A stretch of 33,248 nt of DNA from positions 1-33,248 of IMG/VR virus record IMGVR_UViG_3300027838_000022; one strand, written 5' to 3'. This DNA is from a virus. Its lineage: Duplodnaviria; Caudoviricetes. The translations under genes were made by a program, and so were the position numbers. Below the pieces are notes generated by a model. That model ran no database searches, was not told where the DNA came from, and worked only from the letters and a program-made list of their open reading frames with translations. Below, piece after piece: positions 9,550 to 17,987 of the stretch. Position 1 is the stretch's first letter. Each line of letters starts with the position of its first letter.

Positions 9550-9559
9550 TATTATACAC
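9550..9559 (-). promoter_or_regulatory. GTGTATAATA motif, candidate -35-less promoter for the DUF1501 operon
   Basis: Same 10-mer as at 2862-2871. Confidence 0.45.
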
Positions 9560-9571
9560 TAAAAATAAGGC

Positions 9572-10018
9572 TTATTTGCTAAATGCTGCTTGAAGAAGCT
9601 CTTCTGAGCTATCGAAGGTCGAGTTTGCGCAAAGTTCAGAAACTATCTTTTTGGCTTCTGTTTTTGTGTAGCCCATCTTAACAAGGGCGACTACAACCTC
9701 TTGAATAATTTCGTCACTTGTGGTGTTCTGAGGTTGAGGGGTGGGTTCAGGTTCAGGAGGGTGGGCGGGACTAGGCTTGTTCGATACCCCCACTAAGAAT
9801 TGCTTTAGCAGGTTGTTTAATTCTCTTAGCTCTTGTCCAGATTCAATTTGTTCTGGCTCTATTTCAATAGTTGGTTTACTAATTCTTGACATGAGCAACT
9901 CATGTTGATGCCTTCTTTCTTGTATTCGTTTATTTTTCATCAAATTAACGATAAGAAATATAACAACTAGAATAAAAAACCCCGCAGAAAGCAGGGTTGG
10001 GTCGAAGTCAGAATTCAA
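9572..10018 (-). CDS. Membrane-anchored protein with a C-terminal RuvA domain III-like module
   Basis: N-terminal TM (AGFFILVVIFLIVNLM), Pro-rich linker, C-terminal EVVVALVKMGYTKTEAKKIV...SSEELLQAAF. Confidence 0.7.
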   Translation of the reverse strand: MNSDFDPTLLSAGFFILVVIFLIVNLMKNKRIQERRHQHELLMSRISKPTIEIEPEQIESGQELRELNNLLKQFLVGVSNKPSPAHPPEPEPTPQPQNTTSDEIIQEVVVALVKMGYTKTEAKKIVSELCANSTFDSSEELLQAAFSK

Positions 10019-10029
10019 GACTGGCCCCC

Positions 10030-10899
10030 TTAGTTTGTTTCGGGATTAAAGTATTCGTACTCACCATTATCCTGAAAGCTATCTTCGTCGTCCTCTACCT
10101 CTTGAGCTTGCTCGTTCGTCATCATCATATCCATAAACTGAGCAAACTCTTCGGTAGTCCATTCACCCCCATCAGACTTATGCATTACGCTCTTAAGTGG
10201 CCCTGCGTAGTCAGCCACTACTTCATAGCGACAGCATCGAACCTTCTGGCACTCGGAGTCTACGGGTACTGAGACTACATCTCTTGGGTTAACCTTAACG
10301 ATAACCACTAGGTCTTCGTTATGCTCACACCGATAACCCTCAACATACTCAATTGCCCCAACATGCAAACCATCGCTGCATCCCATATTACAATTGTCAT
10401 CTACTTTTCGTCGCTGCATTTCTACAATGCTTCCAATTTTATTATCAATTGCTCCCGTCCACTTGTCAGTATAGTCTTTTCTAAGAGCCTTATAAGACAA
10501 GAAGCAACCATCCTCCGTAATGGGCAGGTTTTTATTCTCAAGAAAAGTATACAGTTCTTCCACGGCTCTATTGGAGGGGTTACTGAGAATATTTTCTAAG
10601 AACTTAAGCATTGGCTGAAACGGGAAACCATTTCGCATCATTGTCATAATGCGTGAGGTTAATGTATTATGAATCACTTCCTCTTGGTAGGACAAGACGC
10701 CATCCTTAATATCAATATCCCCGTCGCTATAGTTCAGAATGGATGCGGGTATATCAATAAGAGCCTTAATGCTCTCTGGGTCATTGTTAACCAAACACTC
10801 TTTAATAGGCATGTAGTTTGGGTGGTCATGCCCAATACTAAAGCTTTGATTATCAATAACAATCGTCATTGTTCCGTTGCCGCTGATGATATAATTCAT
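10030..10899 (-). CDS. rIIB: rIIB-like protein
   Basis: NPS.RAVEELYTFL, ITEDGCFLSYK, CSDGLHVG, VKVNPRDVVSVP, RCCRYEVV. Start moved to ATG 10899, just after the rIIA stop, with a GAGGAG SD. Confidence 0.92.
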   Translation of the reverse strand: MNYIISGNGTMTIVIDNQSFSIGHDHPNYMPIKECLVNNDPESIKALIDIPASILNYSDGDIDIKDGVLSYQEEVIHNTLTSRIMTMMRNGFPFQPMLKFLENILSNPSNRAVEELYTFLENKNLPITEDGCFLSYKALRKDYTDKWTGAIDNKIGSIVEMQRRKVDDNCNMGCSDGLHVGAIEYVEGYRCEHNEDLVVIVKVNPRDVVSVPVDSECQKVRCCRYEVVADYAGPLKSVMHKSDGGEWTTEEFAQFMDMMMTNEQAQEVEDDEDSFQDNGEYEYFNPETN

Positions 10900-10900
10900 C

Positions 10901-13018
10901 CTACTTCTCCTCAAAAACAGGGGTGGTGTTCTCGATAAGGTCAACATACTCCGAAATTTTTCCAGCATCTTCTTCGTCTATGGCACGATGTGTAGACCAG
11001 TTAAAAGTAAACAGGTCAAGCATGGGATACCTTTTCTCTATTCTTTCTTCTAATCCATCTAGGGGAATATAGCCTTCGTCGTGTTCTATTCTAAACAGGC
11101 TATAGTTAGCTAAGTTCTTGGCCGCTTCGTATGCTTCTCGGTTTTCTTCTAGCGACTTATGCCTAGACACATATTGCTTGATAAGGTTTTCGGATTTAGT
11201 GTGTTTGACAATCTTCTCTAGTGACTTGAAGCCTAGCAAAGCTCCAGACGCCGCCCTTATATCCTTAATCCGATTGGCCCATTTCTTTTCCACCATGCAG
11301 GACTCAAGAATTTTGTTCACAAAGTCCTCAAGCCTGACCCATTTGCTGCTTACCTTCTGAAACTTTTTTTGCTTTAAAAGCGTAGGCTTAAACCCATAGA
11401 TAGGGGTTTTTGTTTCGTGGCCCATCGTCTTTAGCTTATCAAGCATAGCTGATATGCGACTGGGGTGTTCATCATGTCCAAACTTGTCTCTATAATTGTA
11501 TCTGAAAATTTCTGCATAAATTCCACCAGCTTCCAAGTCAACTTCTACGTCAGACCAGTGGTTATTGGTATCCCACCCTCCGGTCGGCTTATAGATACAT
11601 GCCTTAGAGCGAGTATAGCCTCCCCCACCAGAATAACCAGAGAGGGGTTTTTCAAGGGTAGATGCGTTTTTAAGTACAGATGGGAGCATGCCCATCTTTT
11701 CAAGGAAGCTCTTAATTGCTTCGTCGCTACCCCTTACAAGGTAAATTTCCTTTGCGCTTTTGCTTTCAATGTAGGTTTTACACCTGCTGATTGCACCCCT
11801 GCCTAAGTCATCAAGATAAAACAGGATGTCTTTCTTGGAGGGGATTGCAGCTACATCCTTTTCATTCTGCACAGTATCTCTCCACAATCCTTTATGGAAT
11901 CTCTGACAGTCTAAGCCTGTGATTTCCCAAACTGCAATACTGGTGTTGTTCTTTTCAAACATCTTTTTGCCGCGCCACATAACATCGTTAGTGTCAAACA
12001 CTCCATTAAGACTGTTTAGCATTTTGTCTGAACTCTTTAAATCACTATATAAGAGTCTGGCATCCCACAGGGTTTCACATGCTTCAAGTTTAGACTCCAG
12101 TATTTCACCTATTTCACCAATAATCCTATTAAGCTTCTTTAGGATATTTTTCTTGGTATACTCATTGTATGATAGAGATTCTCTTGATGGAGTTACGCTT
12201 ATCTCTCCAATATCAAAATGAATATCTATGTTTCCACGTAGAATATGCTGTATTGATTTTTCTTCGCTATCAATAATATTAGCACTAATTGGATAGCATA
12301 CGCTTCCCATGATAGCACAAGCATCCCAACTGTAATCGCGCCTATCGTTACCATCGTGAATAGCCCAATCATCGCCTTCTATCAGGTAGTTGGGACTGCT
12401 AATCTCAATTTGTTTTCCAGTAATATTGGGATTTACTGCAAAGAAAGTATAAAGCTGTTTTGCTTCTTCCTCAAAGTCAAAGTTATCATCTGAGTTAACA
12501 GGAAAGCTAACACGAAGGCCATTCCGTTCCTGTGTTTCCTTACTGGACAGTAGGGCAAATACAGGCTCTTCTTTCTCATTTTTATACGCACTATAAAGCT
12601 TGTGTTCGCCATTATAAAATGATTCCACACTAAAGCTATCATTATAGGCAAACGGAGACTTACTGCCCAGACCCATGCAGCCAACGGATTCATTGGAGCC
12701 TGTTCGACTTGAGCGAAAATAAGTCGTATACAAGCTCATGCAATCTTCATGAGATAAGCCTGTGCCGAAATCCCTTATAGAGAAAAAGGGTTCCATCTCG
12801 GTAGGCAAATGTACACTGAAAGGTTCAGTGGGATTACCATTGTCCACCTGAGCGTCGAGAGCATTGGTAGATAGCTCTCGGACAACTGCACGGACTTTAT
12901 TAGCATACAGCCCGTCAGATAGAATAGAGAATGCTTTTGCCGTTGCTTCAATAGTGTACTGAGACTCTTCAAAGTCTCTGCTACGCTCAATCTTATTTTC
13001 AGAGTGGGTCAACTTCAT
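10901..13018 (-). CDS. rIIA: rIIA-like protein (N-terminal GHKL ATPase domain)
   Basis: AFSILSDGLY.NK.RAVVRELSTNALDA, IRDFGTGLS, GLGSKSPFAY, TPSRESLSY; adjacent to rIIB. Confidence 0.92.
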   Translation of the reverse strand: MKLTHSENKIERSRDFEESQYTIEATAKAFSILSDGLYANKVRAVVRELSTNALDAQVDNGNPTEPFSVHLPTEMEPFFSIRDFGTGLSHEDCMSLYTTYFRSSRTGSNESVGCMGLGSKSPFAYNDSFSVESFYNGEHKLYSAYKNEKEEPVFALLSSKETQERNGLRVSFPVNSDDNFDFEEEAKQLYTFFAVNPNITGKQIEISSPNYLIEGDDWAIHDGNDRRDYSWDACAIMGSVCYPISANIIDSEEKSIQHILRGNIDIHFDIGEISVTPSRESLSYNEYTKKNILKKLNRIIGEIGEILESKLEACETLWDARLLYSDLKSSDKMLNSLNGVFDTNDVMWRGKKMFEKNNTSIAVWEITGLDCQRFHKGLWRDTVQNEKDVAAIPSKKDILFYLDDLGRGAISRCKTYIESKSAKEIYLVRGSDEAIKSFLEKMGMLPSVLKNASTLEKPLSGYSGGGGYTRSKACIYKPTGGWDTNNHWSDVEVDLEAGGIYAEIFRYNYRDKFGHDEHPSRISAMLDKLKTMGHETKTPIYGFKPTLLKQKKFQKVSSKWVRLEDFVNKILESCMVEKKWANRIKDIRAASGALLGFKSLEKIVKHTKSENLIKQYVSRHKSLEENREAYEAAKNLANYSLFRIEHDEGYIPLDGLEERIEKRYPMLDLFTFNWSTHRAIDEEDAGKISEYVDLIENTTPVFEEK

Positions 13019-13042
13019 TTTTCAATCTCCAGCAAAGTTCAA

Positions 13043-13080
13043 TTTATACTACAGTATAAAGTGTCAAATCAAAAAGTCAA
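13043..13080 (-). promoter_or_regulatory. Sigma-70 promoter of the rII operon with an overlapping palindrome
   Basis: TTGACT-16 nt-TATACT; perfect inverted repeat TTTATACT-nn-AGTATAAA at 13043-13060. Confidence 0.65.
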
Positions 13081-13102
13081 GAGTTTTTTTATGGCTATTT
13101 TC

Positions 13103-14110
13103 TTATTTTTGTAAATGGTGCGTATTTATCCATTGTATTGTTTTAACATCAGACCGCATGAATAAACTATTAGTTCTAATTTGCCCAGCGGTTCTTTTTA
13201 CGCCCTTGAATATTGTTCCATCCGTAATGCCTGTTGCCGCAAATATGCTTGGGCCACATACCAGCCTACCCATAGGCATTATGTCTCCTACTGGAACCCA
13301 TTTTTCATCATTGGCAGAAAAGAATATGTCTTCTCTACCAGAAGCATTGCTTTCATATATTTGGGCTTCCATTCCCCCACCTAAACATTGTATGGCAGAA
13401 GCAGAAATAACTGCTTCGGGGGAGCCTCCTATACCATACACAAAATCAACATCGCTTGTCGGTAGGCAGCTAGCAAGAGCGCCAACTATGTCGCAATCTC
13501 TGATAAGCTTTACTCTTACTTTAAGGTCTCTAAGTTTTTGTATGACCTTAGAGTGTCGTGGTCTATCTAGAACGCACACCATTAATTCTGGAATTAGCTT
13601 TCCAGTTGCTAAAGAGGCGAGTCTAAGATTTTCTTCTAGCGGGTTTCTTAAAGAAAGCTCAACCTTATCTTTAATCTTCTTTCCGTATGCTATCCTGTTC
13701 ATATAGTAATATCCAGTATAGAACATGGAAGATGGACAGCCTACAGATATGACTGACATGGCCTCTGGCCCAGAGGTAACGGTCTGAGTTGTTCCTTCTA
13801 TCGGGTCAACAGAAATATCGAGCCATGTTGGTTCTCTGGTTCCATATCGAAGCCTGTATGTGGAACCGTTGGCCTCCCAAGTCTTTGCTTTTTTACCCAC
13901 GGTTTCGCCTTTGAACAAGCCAAAGGACTCATCCTTTTCCCCCTCCCCCATAACAACTCTACCGGCAATCTCTATCTCTGTGTTGAGCTTCTCCCGCATC
14001 GCTTCTGTGGCGGCTTTATCCGCAAGCTCTTTTTCTCCAGAGCCTATCCATTCTGATGCGGCAATGGCGGCAGCTTCTGTTGCTTCTACAATATCCGAGC
14101 TTATTTTCAT
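13103..14110 (-). CDS. glpX: Class II fructose-1,6-bisphosphatase
   Basis: ATEAAAIAA, GEGEKDE, VDPIEGT, LDRPRH, GIGGSPEAV, FAATGITDG. Confidence 0.92.
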   Translation of the reverse strand: MKISSDIVEATEAAAIAASEWIGSGEKELADKAATEAMREKLNTEIEIAGRVVMGEGEKDESFGLFKGETVGKKAKTWEANGSTYRLRYGTREPTWLDISVDPIEGTTQTVTSGPEAMSVISVGCPSSMFYTGYYYMNRIAYGKKIKDKVELSLRNPLEENLRLASLATGKLIPELMVCVLDRPRHSKVIQKLRDLKVRVKLIRDCDIVGALASCLPTSDVDFVYGIGGSPEAVISASAIQCLGGGMEAQIYESNASGREDIFFSANDEKWVPVGDIMPMGRLVCGPSIFAATGITDGTIFKGVKRTAGQIRTNSLFMRSDVKTIQWINTHHLQK

Positions 14111-14196
14111 AACACCCCTTTTATTGTAGGCGTACTTTCATCGGCAGCTAATATATCTTTACCATCAGATATAAGTTTCGAGATTGTTTTTTGCAT
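14107..14196 (-). pseudogene. 29-aa N-terminal remnant of class I fructose-bisphosphate aldolase
   Basis: Manual translation MQKTISKLISDGKDILAADESTPTIKGVL*, matching the GKGILAADESTxTI signature; its stop overlaps the glpX start (ATGA). Confidence 0.75.
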
Positions 14197-14204
14197 GCTG
14201 CCGT

Positions 14205-14411
14205 TTAGCTGCGTAGCGGCCAAAATACATGACCGCACAGAACCCCTATTATAAAAGGCACAATAGGATGCTGCCTAGAAATTGTATATATAGAAAAACT
14301 AAGTGTTGCGTTTAAGTCCTTAGCATAAAACATTACTATGCTATCCCAGACAAAGACAACACAAAACGTAAGTATAATTAAAAACTTGGTTACGTTTAAA
14401 AAATCAATCAT
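14205..14411 (-). CDS. Small two-TM membrane protein
   Basis: Two hydrophobic segments; C-terminal G.L.GH.FWP. Confidence 0.6.
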   Translation of the reverse strand: MIDFLNVTKFLIILTFCVVFVWDSIVMFYAKDLNATLSFSIYTISRQHPIVPFIIGVLCGHVFWPLRS

Positions 14412-15505
14412 TTTACCCTGTTCACTTTTATGAATGTTGTTCTTTTGCTAAAATCCTTCAGTGTCTTTGCTCCGACATAAGCACAAGCACTTCTTATTCC
14501 TCCTAAAATTTGATGTACGGTTTCCTTCACTGGCCCCTTATAAGGAACCCTTTTAGCTTCCCCTTCTGTTGCTCTATATTCTGCGACCCCGCCACTATGT
14601 TTATTCATAGCGGCTGAGCTTGACATTCCATAAAACTTTAGCGACTTCTTTTTTTGTCGTAATTTGCCGTCTTGGTCAACTTCAATCTTCCCTGCGACGA
14701 ATGGCTTGTCTTTTGGTTCTAACCATTGAAGGTCATTTTCCCATTCCCACTCCCCTTCACATTCATCGGTTCCAGCTAGCATGCCACCTAACATGACAAA
14801 ATCTGAGCCTGCCCCAAACGCTTTAACTACATCCCCCGGAGTTTTGCACCCCCCATCTGCACAAATATGAGCGTTAAGACCATGTGCCGCATCTGCACAT
14901 TCTATTACGGCAGAAAGCTGTGGGTATCCTACGCCAGCTATTAATCTAGTAGTACACACACTTCCCGGCCCAATACCTATTTTAACTATATCTGCCCCAC
15001 CTTGCAAGATTAATTCTTGAACTATTTCTGGAGAGCATACATTTCCAACCATAAGTATAGCTTTAGGGAATTGCGCTCTTATTTCGGCAACCCTATTTAC
15101 AAAGTAGTCTGTGTACCCATTAGCTACATCTATACATATATTATTAATGGAAACCTTGCTTGATATCTGATTTAATTTTTCTCTATCTTTCTTTCCTGTT
15201 CCCAGCGTGTAAAAAAAATAGTGGGAGCCAGCTCTTTGTTTTATGAACTCGCACAGGTTATCTATTGAATAATGTTTATGGAGACATGTTCCCATGTTAT
15301 GGTTAGCAAGACTGTCTGCCATAGCAAAAGTGCCAGTAGTATCCATGTTTGCGGCGAGTATGGGTACTCCTTGCCACTCTTGATTAGAGTTTCTTGACTT
15401 AAATGTTCTGATAATGTCCACTTCTTTTCTGCTCGCCGTTGCAGACCTTTGTGGTCTAATTAGAACATCTTGAAAATCTAATTTTATGTCTTCTATAATT
15501 CTCAT
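14408..15505 (-). CDS. guaC: GMP reductase
   Basis: MRIIEDIKLDFQDVLIRP, AANMDT, IDVANGY, KIGIGPGSVCTTR, GYPQLSAV, FYGMSS. Confidence 0.95.
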   Translation of the reverse strand: MRIIEDIKLDFQDVLIRPQRSATASRKEVDIIRTFKSRNSNQEWQGVPILAANMDTTGTFAMADSLANHNMGTCLHKHYSIDNLCEFIKQRAGSHYFFYTLGTGKKDREKLNQISSKVSINNICIDVANGYTDYFVNRVAEIRAQFPKAILMVGNVCSPEIVQELILQGGADIVKIGIGPGSVCTTRLIAGVGYPQLSAVIECADAAHGLNAHICADGGCKTPGDVVKAFGAGSDFVMLGGMLAGTDECEGEWEWENDLQWLEPKDKPFVAGKIEVDQDGKLRQKKKSLKFYGMSSSAAMNKHSGGVAEYRATEGEAKRVPYKGPVKETVHQILGGIRSACAYVGAKTLKDFSKRTTFIKVNRVK

Positions 15506-15666
15506 TGTATGTCGCCAGAACTTTTCTGTAGCTCATATATAAAGGCTAGGTTGGCTATTGCGTAAGATATGAACACTACGGACAAGGCAACCCTGCCCTT
15601 TTTATAAGAATCATAGGCTGCTACACCGTAGCATACTATCGTTATACACAAACCTATTGAACCCAC
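15502..15666 (-). CDS. Small two-TM membrane protein (54 aa)
   Basis: Manual translation MGSIGLCITIVCYGVAAYDSYKKGRVALSVVFISYAIANLAFIYELQKSSGDIQ; AGGAG SD; ATGA overlap with guaC. Confidence 0.65.
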   Translation of the reverse strand: MGSIGLCITIVCYGVAAYDSYKKGRVALSVVFISYAIANLAFIYELQKSSGDIQ

Positions 15667-15667
15667 T

Positions 15668-16471
15668 TTATCTCCTTACCTCACTATTTTTCTTCCATAC
15701 TCCGGTCATTATAGAAGGGTCTACGTCAAGCTCAATAGACCTATTAATTAAGGCGTTTAAATCCTTGGGAAAGCATGTTCCACCAAAGCCCCTCTTTCCG
15801 TCTGGGCCGGGAACGCTCCAATGGGAGTCTCCAAGCCTCTTGTCAATGGTCGCAAGCTGAACAACTTTGTTATAAGGAATATCAAGCTTTTGGCATATCT
15901 GACTTAACTCATTGGCTAATCCCACTTTTACGGCAAGATGTACATTAGTGGTATACTTCACCATTTCAGCCACGGTCGAAGATGTTTCCCATATAGGAAT
16001 CTTAGGATATGCTTTCTGATAACATTGACTTACGCTATCTAAAATATCATAGCTGCCACCAATAATTATTCTGTCCTGATTTTTGAAGTCTTCAACTGCA
16101 TTAGCCTCAGTTAAAAATTCAGGATTAAAACAAATACTACAGTGTACATATTTTTCAGATAATGCCTGCGTGGTTCCCGGCACAACCGTCGATTTAATAG
16201 CAATAGTTGTCGCTACATCTTGTAGCTTTGCTTCTTCGTTGATTAATTCTACAACGCTCTCTACTATTGAAGTGTCACAACTACCACTTGGAAGCATCGG
16301 GCTTGGAACACAAATAAAGATAGGCCCATCGACCTTTTGCACTACCTCTTTTATACTGTCGCAATTGCTTTCCCCGTTAATGTCGTAACAAAGAACATCA
16401 AAAGCGTGGAGCATGCCCTCTTTAACGGCTGTGCCAACTACTCCACATCCTATTAGCCCTATCGTTTTCAC
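15668..16471 (-). CDS. UDP-glucose/GDP-mannose dehydrogenase family (lacks the C-terminal domain)
   Basis: GCGVVG, KSTVVPG, NPEFL and catalytic GFGGTCFPKD; only 267 aa. Confidence 0.88.
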   Translation of the reverse strand: MKTIGLIGCGVVGTAVKEGMLHAFDVLCYDINGESNCDSIKEVVQKVDGPIFICVPSPMLPSGSCDTSIVESVVELINEEAKLQDVATTIAIKSTVVPGTTQALSEKYVHCSICFNPEFLTEANAVEDFKNQDRIIIGGSYDILDSVSQCYQKAYPKIPIWETSSTVAEMVKYTTNVHLAVKVGLANELSQICQKLDIPYNKVVQLATIDKRLGDSHWSVPGPDGKRGFGGTCFPKDLNALINRSIELDVDPSIMTGVWKKNSEVRR

Positions 16472-16473
16472 TA

Positions 16474-16707
16474 TTAATCTTTACCTCTAAGTCTGAGCAT
16501 GTGTGTGTTGGTAAGTTTTGTTGTTTTTAAAACCTCAAAATCTTCTTTACTATGGCTTGGATTGTTCCACCTAGCTTCCAGCAAACACATCTGGGATGCT
16601 TCTAGGTCGCTGCTGGCCAATACTTCTGACGTAATTACACCCCCCCCAACTTCTATGTCTACTTGGTATTTATCCATTTTCCTAATCGTCGTGGTGAAGT
16701 CCCGCAC
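16474..16707 (-). CDS. Hypothetical protein (real start probably the internal MDKYQV)
   Basis: ORF track; AGGA SD before MDKYQ. Confidence 0.5.
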   Translation of the reverse strand: MRDFTTTIRKMDKYQVDIEVGGGVITSEVLASSDLEASQMCLLEARWNNPSHSKEDFEVLKTTKLTNTHMLRLRGKD

Positions 16708-16891
16708 AATCTTTTTGGGGGGGATGAAACAAATTGAAAAGCATTTGTAGGCTTACTTTAAGAGACATGTTCTTGGCAGGCTTGCCAATTTCATCATTAA
16801 GTTCTTCAACAAGATTTTGAGCAGTTTCAAGGTCAACGTATTTTATAATTATCCTATACATCTTGTTTGCTTCGTGTACACTAGTTGGCAT
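16682..16891 (-). CDS. Hypothetical protein
   Basis: ORF track; AGGAGG SD upstream. Confidence 0.55.
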   Translation of the reverse strand: MPTSVHEANKMYRIIIKYVDLETAQNLVEELNDEIGKPAKNMSLKVSLQMLFNLFHPPQKDCAGLHHDD

Positions 16892-17312
16892 TTTTAATAG
16901 CCTCCTTTACGGGAAGTCTGTAAAATTTATCGAAGCGTTCACCATTATACCCCGGCAAATTTGGGGTAGCTTTGACAACCTCCTGATAAATCTCCAGACA
17001 TTCTGGGCAGGAAACGCCATGATGCTCTGCTGAGTGCGGCGATTCGTAGTGATTATTTCTGATTGCCATATTCATTATAGTTCTAATATGGGAAGTTTGC
17101 CCTTCTAAAAGTATATAAATATTGCTTATTTCTTCTTCTAGACTTTCAGGAGTTTTCATTTCTTCCTTCACCGTAAAAGAGGTTAACTCTTCTTTTAGCT
17201 TCCTGTTCTCAAAAACTATATTAAAGAAAGAGTATGCAAACAAAGAAACGATAAGAAATGAAGAAATTAGAAAAGTTATTAAGCCTTCTCGAACACTTGT
17301 TTGTCCGCCCAT
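16881..17312 (-). CDS. Membrane-anchored coiled-coil protein with CxxC
   Basis: N-terminal TM; CPEC motif. Confidence 0.55.
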   Translation of the reverse strand: MGGQTSVREGLITFLISSFLIVSLFAYSFFNIVFENRKLKEELTSFTVKEEMKTPESLEEEISNIYILLEGQTSHIRTIMNMAIRNNHYESPHSAEHHGVSCPECLEIYQEVVKATPNLPGYNGERFDKFYRLPVKEAIKNAN

Positions 17313-17349
17313 GATAAAATCCTTATTGGTTAAATTATTTTTGTAGAAG

Positions 17350-17422
17350 CACCCCCGGCAAGAGTCGAACTTGCAACCTACAGATTAGAAGTCTGTTGCT
17401 CTATCCATTGAGCTACAGGGGC
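17350..17422 (-). tRNA. tRNA-Arg(UCU), no encoded CCA
   Basis: GCCCCTG-TA-GCTC...ACAGA-CTTCTAA-TCTGT...GCAAG-TTCGACT-CTTGC-CGGGGGT-G cloverleaf. Confidence 0.95.
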
Positions 17423-17667
17423 TAGAGGCAATCTATGACCTCATCTGTATCTATAATATGTTCGTTTATCGTGTCAATTACAAAAGGATTCCTATCACAT
17501 ACGAACCCCCTTTCGCTAACCACAAACTTATCCCCTATCGCAATACCAGAAAGCTCTTTTCGGTCTTTGGTTAACAAGACCCCCATAGCTTTTATGCAGG
17601 CTTCAAAGGGCTTGTTTGCGACTAACACAACTTTTAGGTCATTGCTTTCAACGTAATATTTAGGCAC
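17422..17667 (-). CDS. Hypothetical protein, MPK[YF]YV family (paralog of 18325..18540)
   Basis: Shares the MPKxYVxSxxLxVVLVAxxPFxAC and VxxRGF motifs. Confidence 0.7.
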   Translation of the reverse strand: MPKYYVESNDLKVVLVANKPFEACIKAMGVLLTKDRKELSGIAIGDKFVVSERGFVCDRNPFVIDTINEHIIDTDEVIDCL

Positions 17668-17668
17668 G

Positions 17669-17866
17669 CTATTTCTCCATCGAGCTATCCATAGCCTTTT
17701 TTAGGGGCGTGAGTCTTTCTCTATTATCATGCTGCATTTTGTCTAAAATTTTCTGAACCTTAGTTTCTTCCCTAGTCTCTTTTCTTTTTGCTAATATCTT
17801 TTTTCGCGCAAACTTTTCTTTATCTTTTCGCTTCTTAAATTTTTTCTTGTTTTGATAATCTGACAT
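17669..17866 (-). CDS. Lys/Arg-rich hypothetical protein
   Basis: Start reassigned to MSDYQ, downstream of tRNA-Leu. Confidence 0.55.
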   Translation of the reverse strand: MSDYQNKKKFKKRKDKEKFARKKILAKRKETREETKVQKILDKMQHDNRERLTPLKKAMDSSMEK

Positions 17867-17898
17867 TTCTTCACCGTGTATAAGACTATATTTATAAA

Positions 17899-17983
17899 TA
17901 GTGCTGGAGGGACTCGAACCCTCACGCCCCTTACAGGCACAGGATTTTAAGTCCTGAGTGTCTGCCAATTCCACCACAGCACT
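17899..17983 (-). tRNA. tRNA-Leu(UAA), long variable arm, no CCA
   Basis: AGTGCTG...GGAATTGGCAGAC...CAGGA-CTTAAAA-TCCTG...GAGGG-TTCGAGT-CCCTC-CAGCACT-A. Confidence 0.95.
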
Positions 17984-17987
17984 AAAG

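Noticed and set aside
17867-17977. N-terminal extension of ORF 17669..17977 (MVELADTQDLKS...)
   Set aside because: It is a translation of tRNA-Leu; the real start is MSDYQ at 17866.
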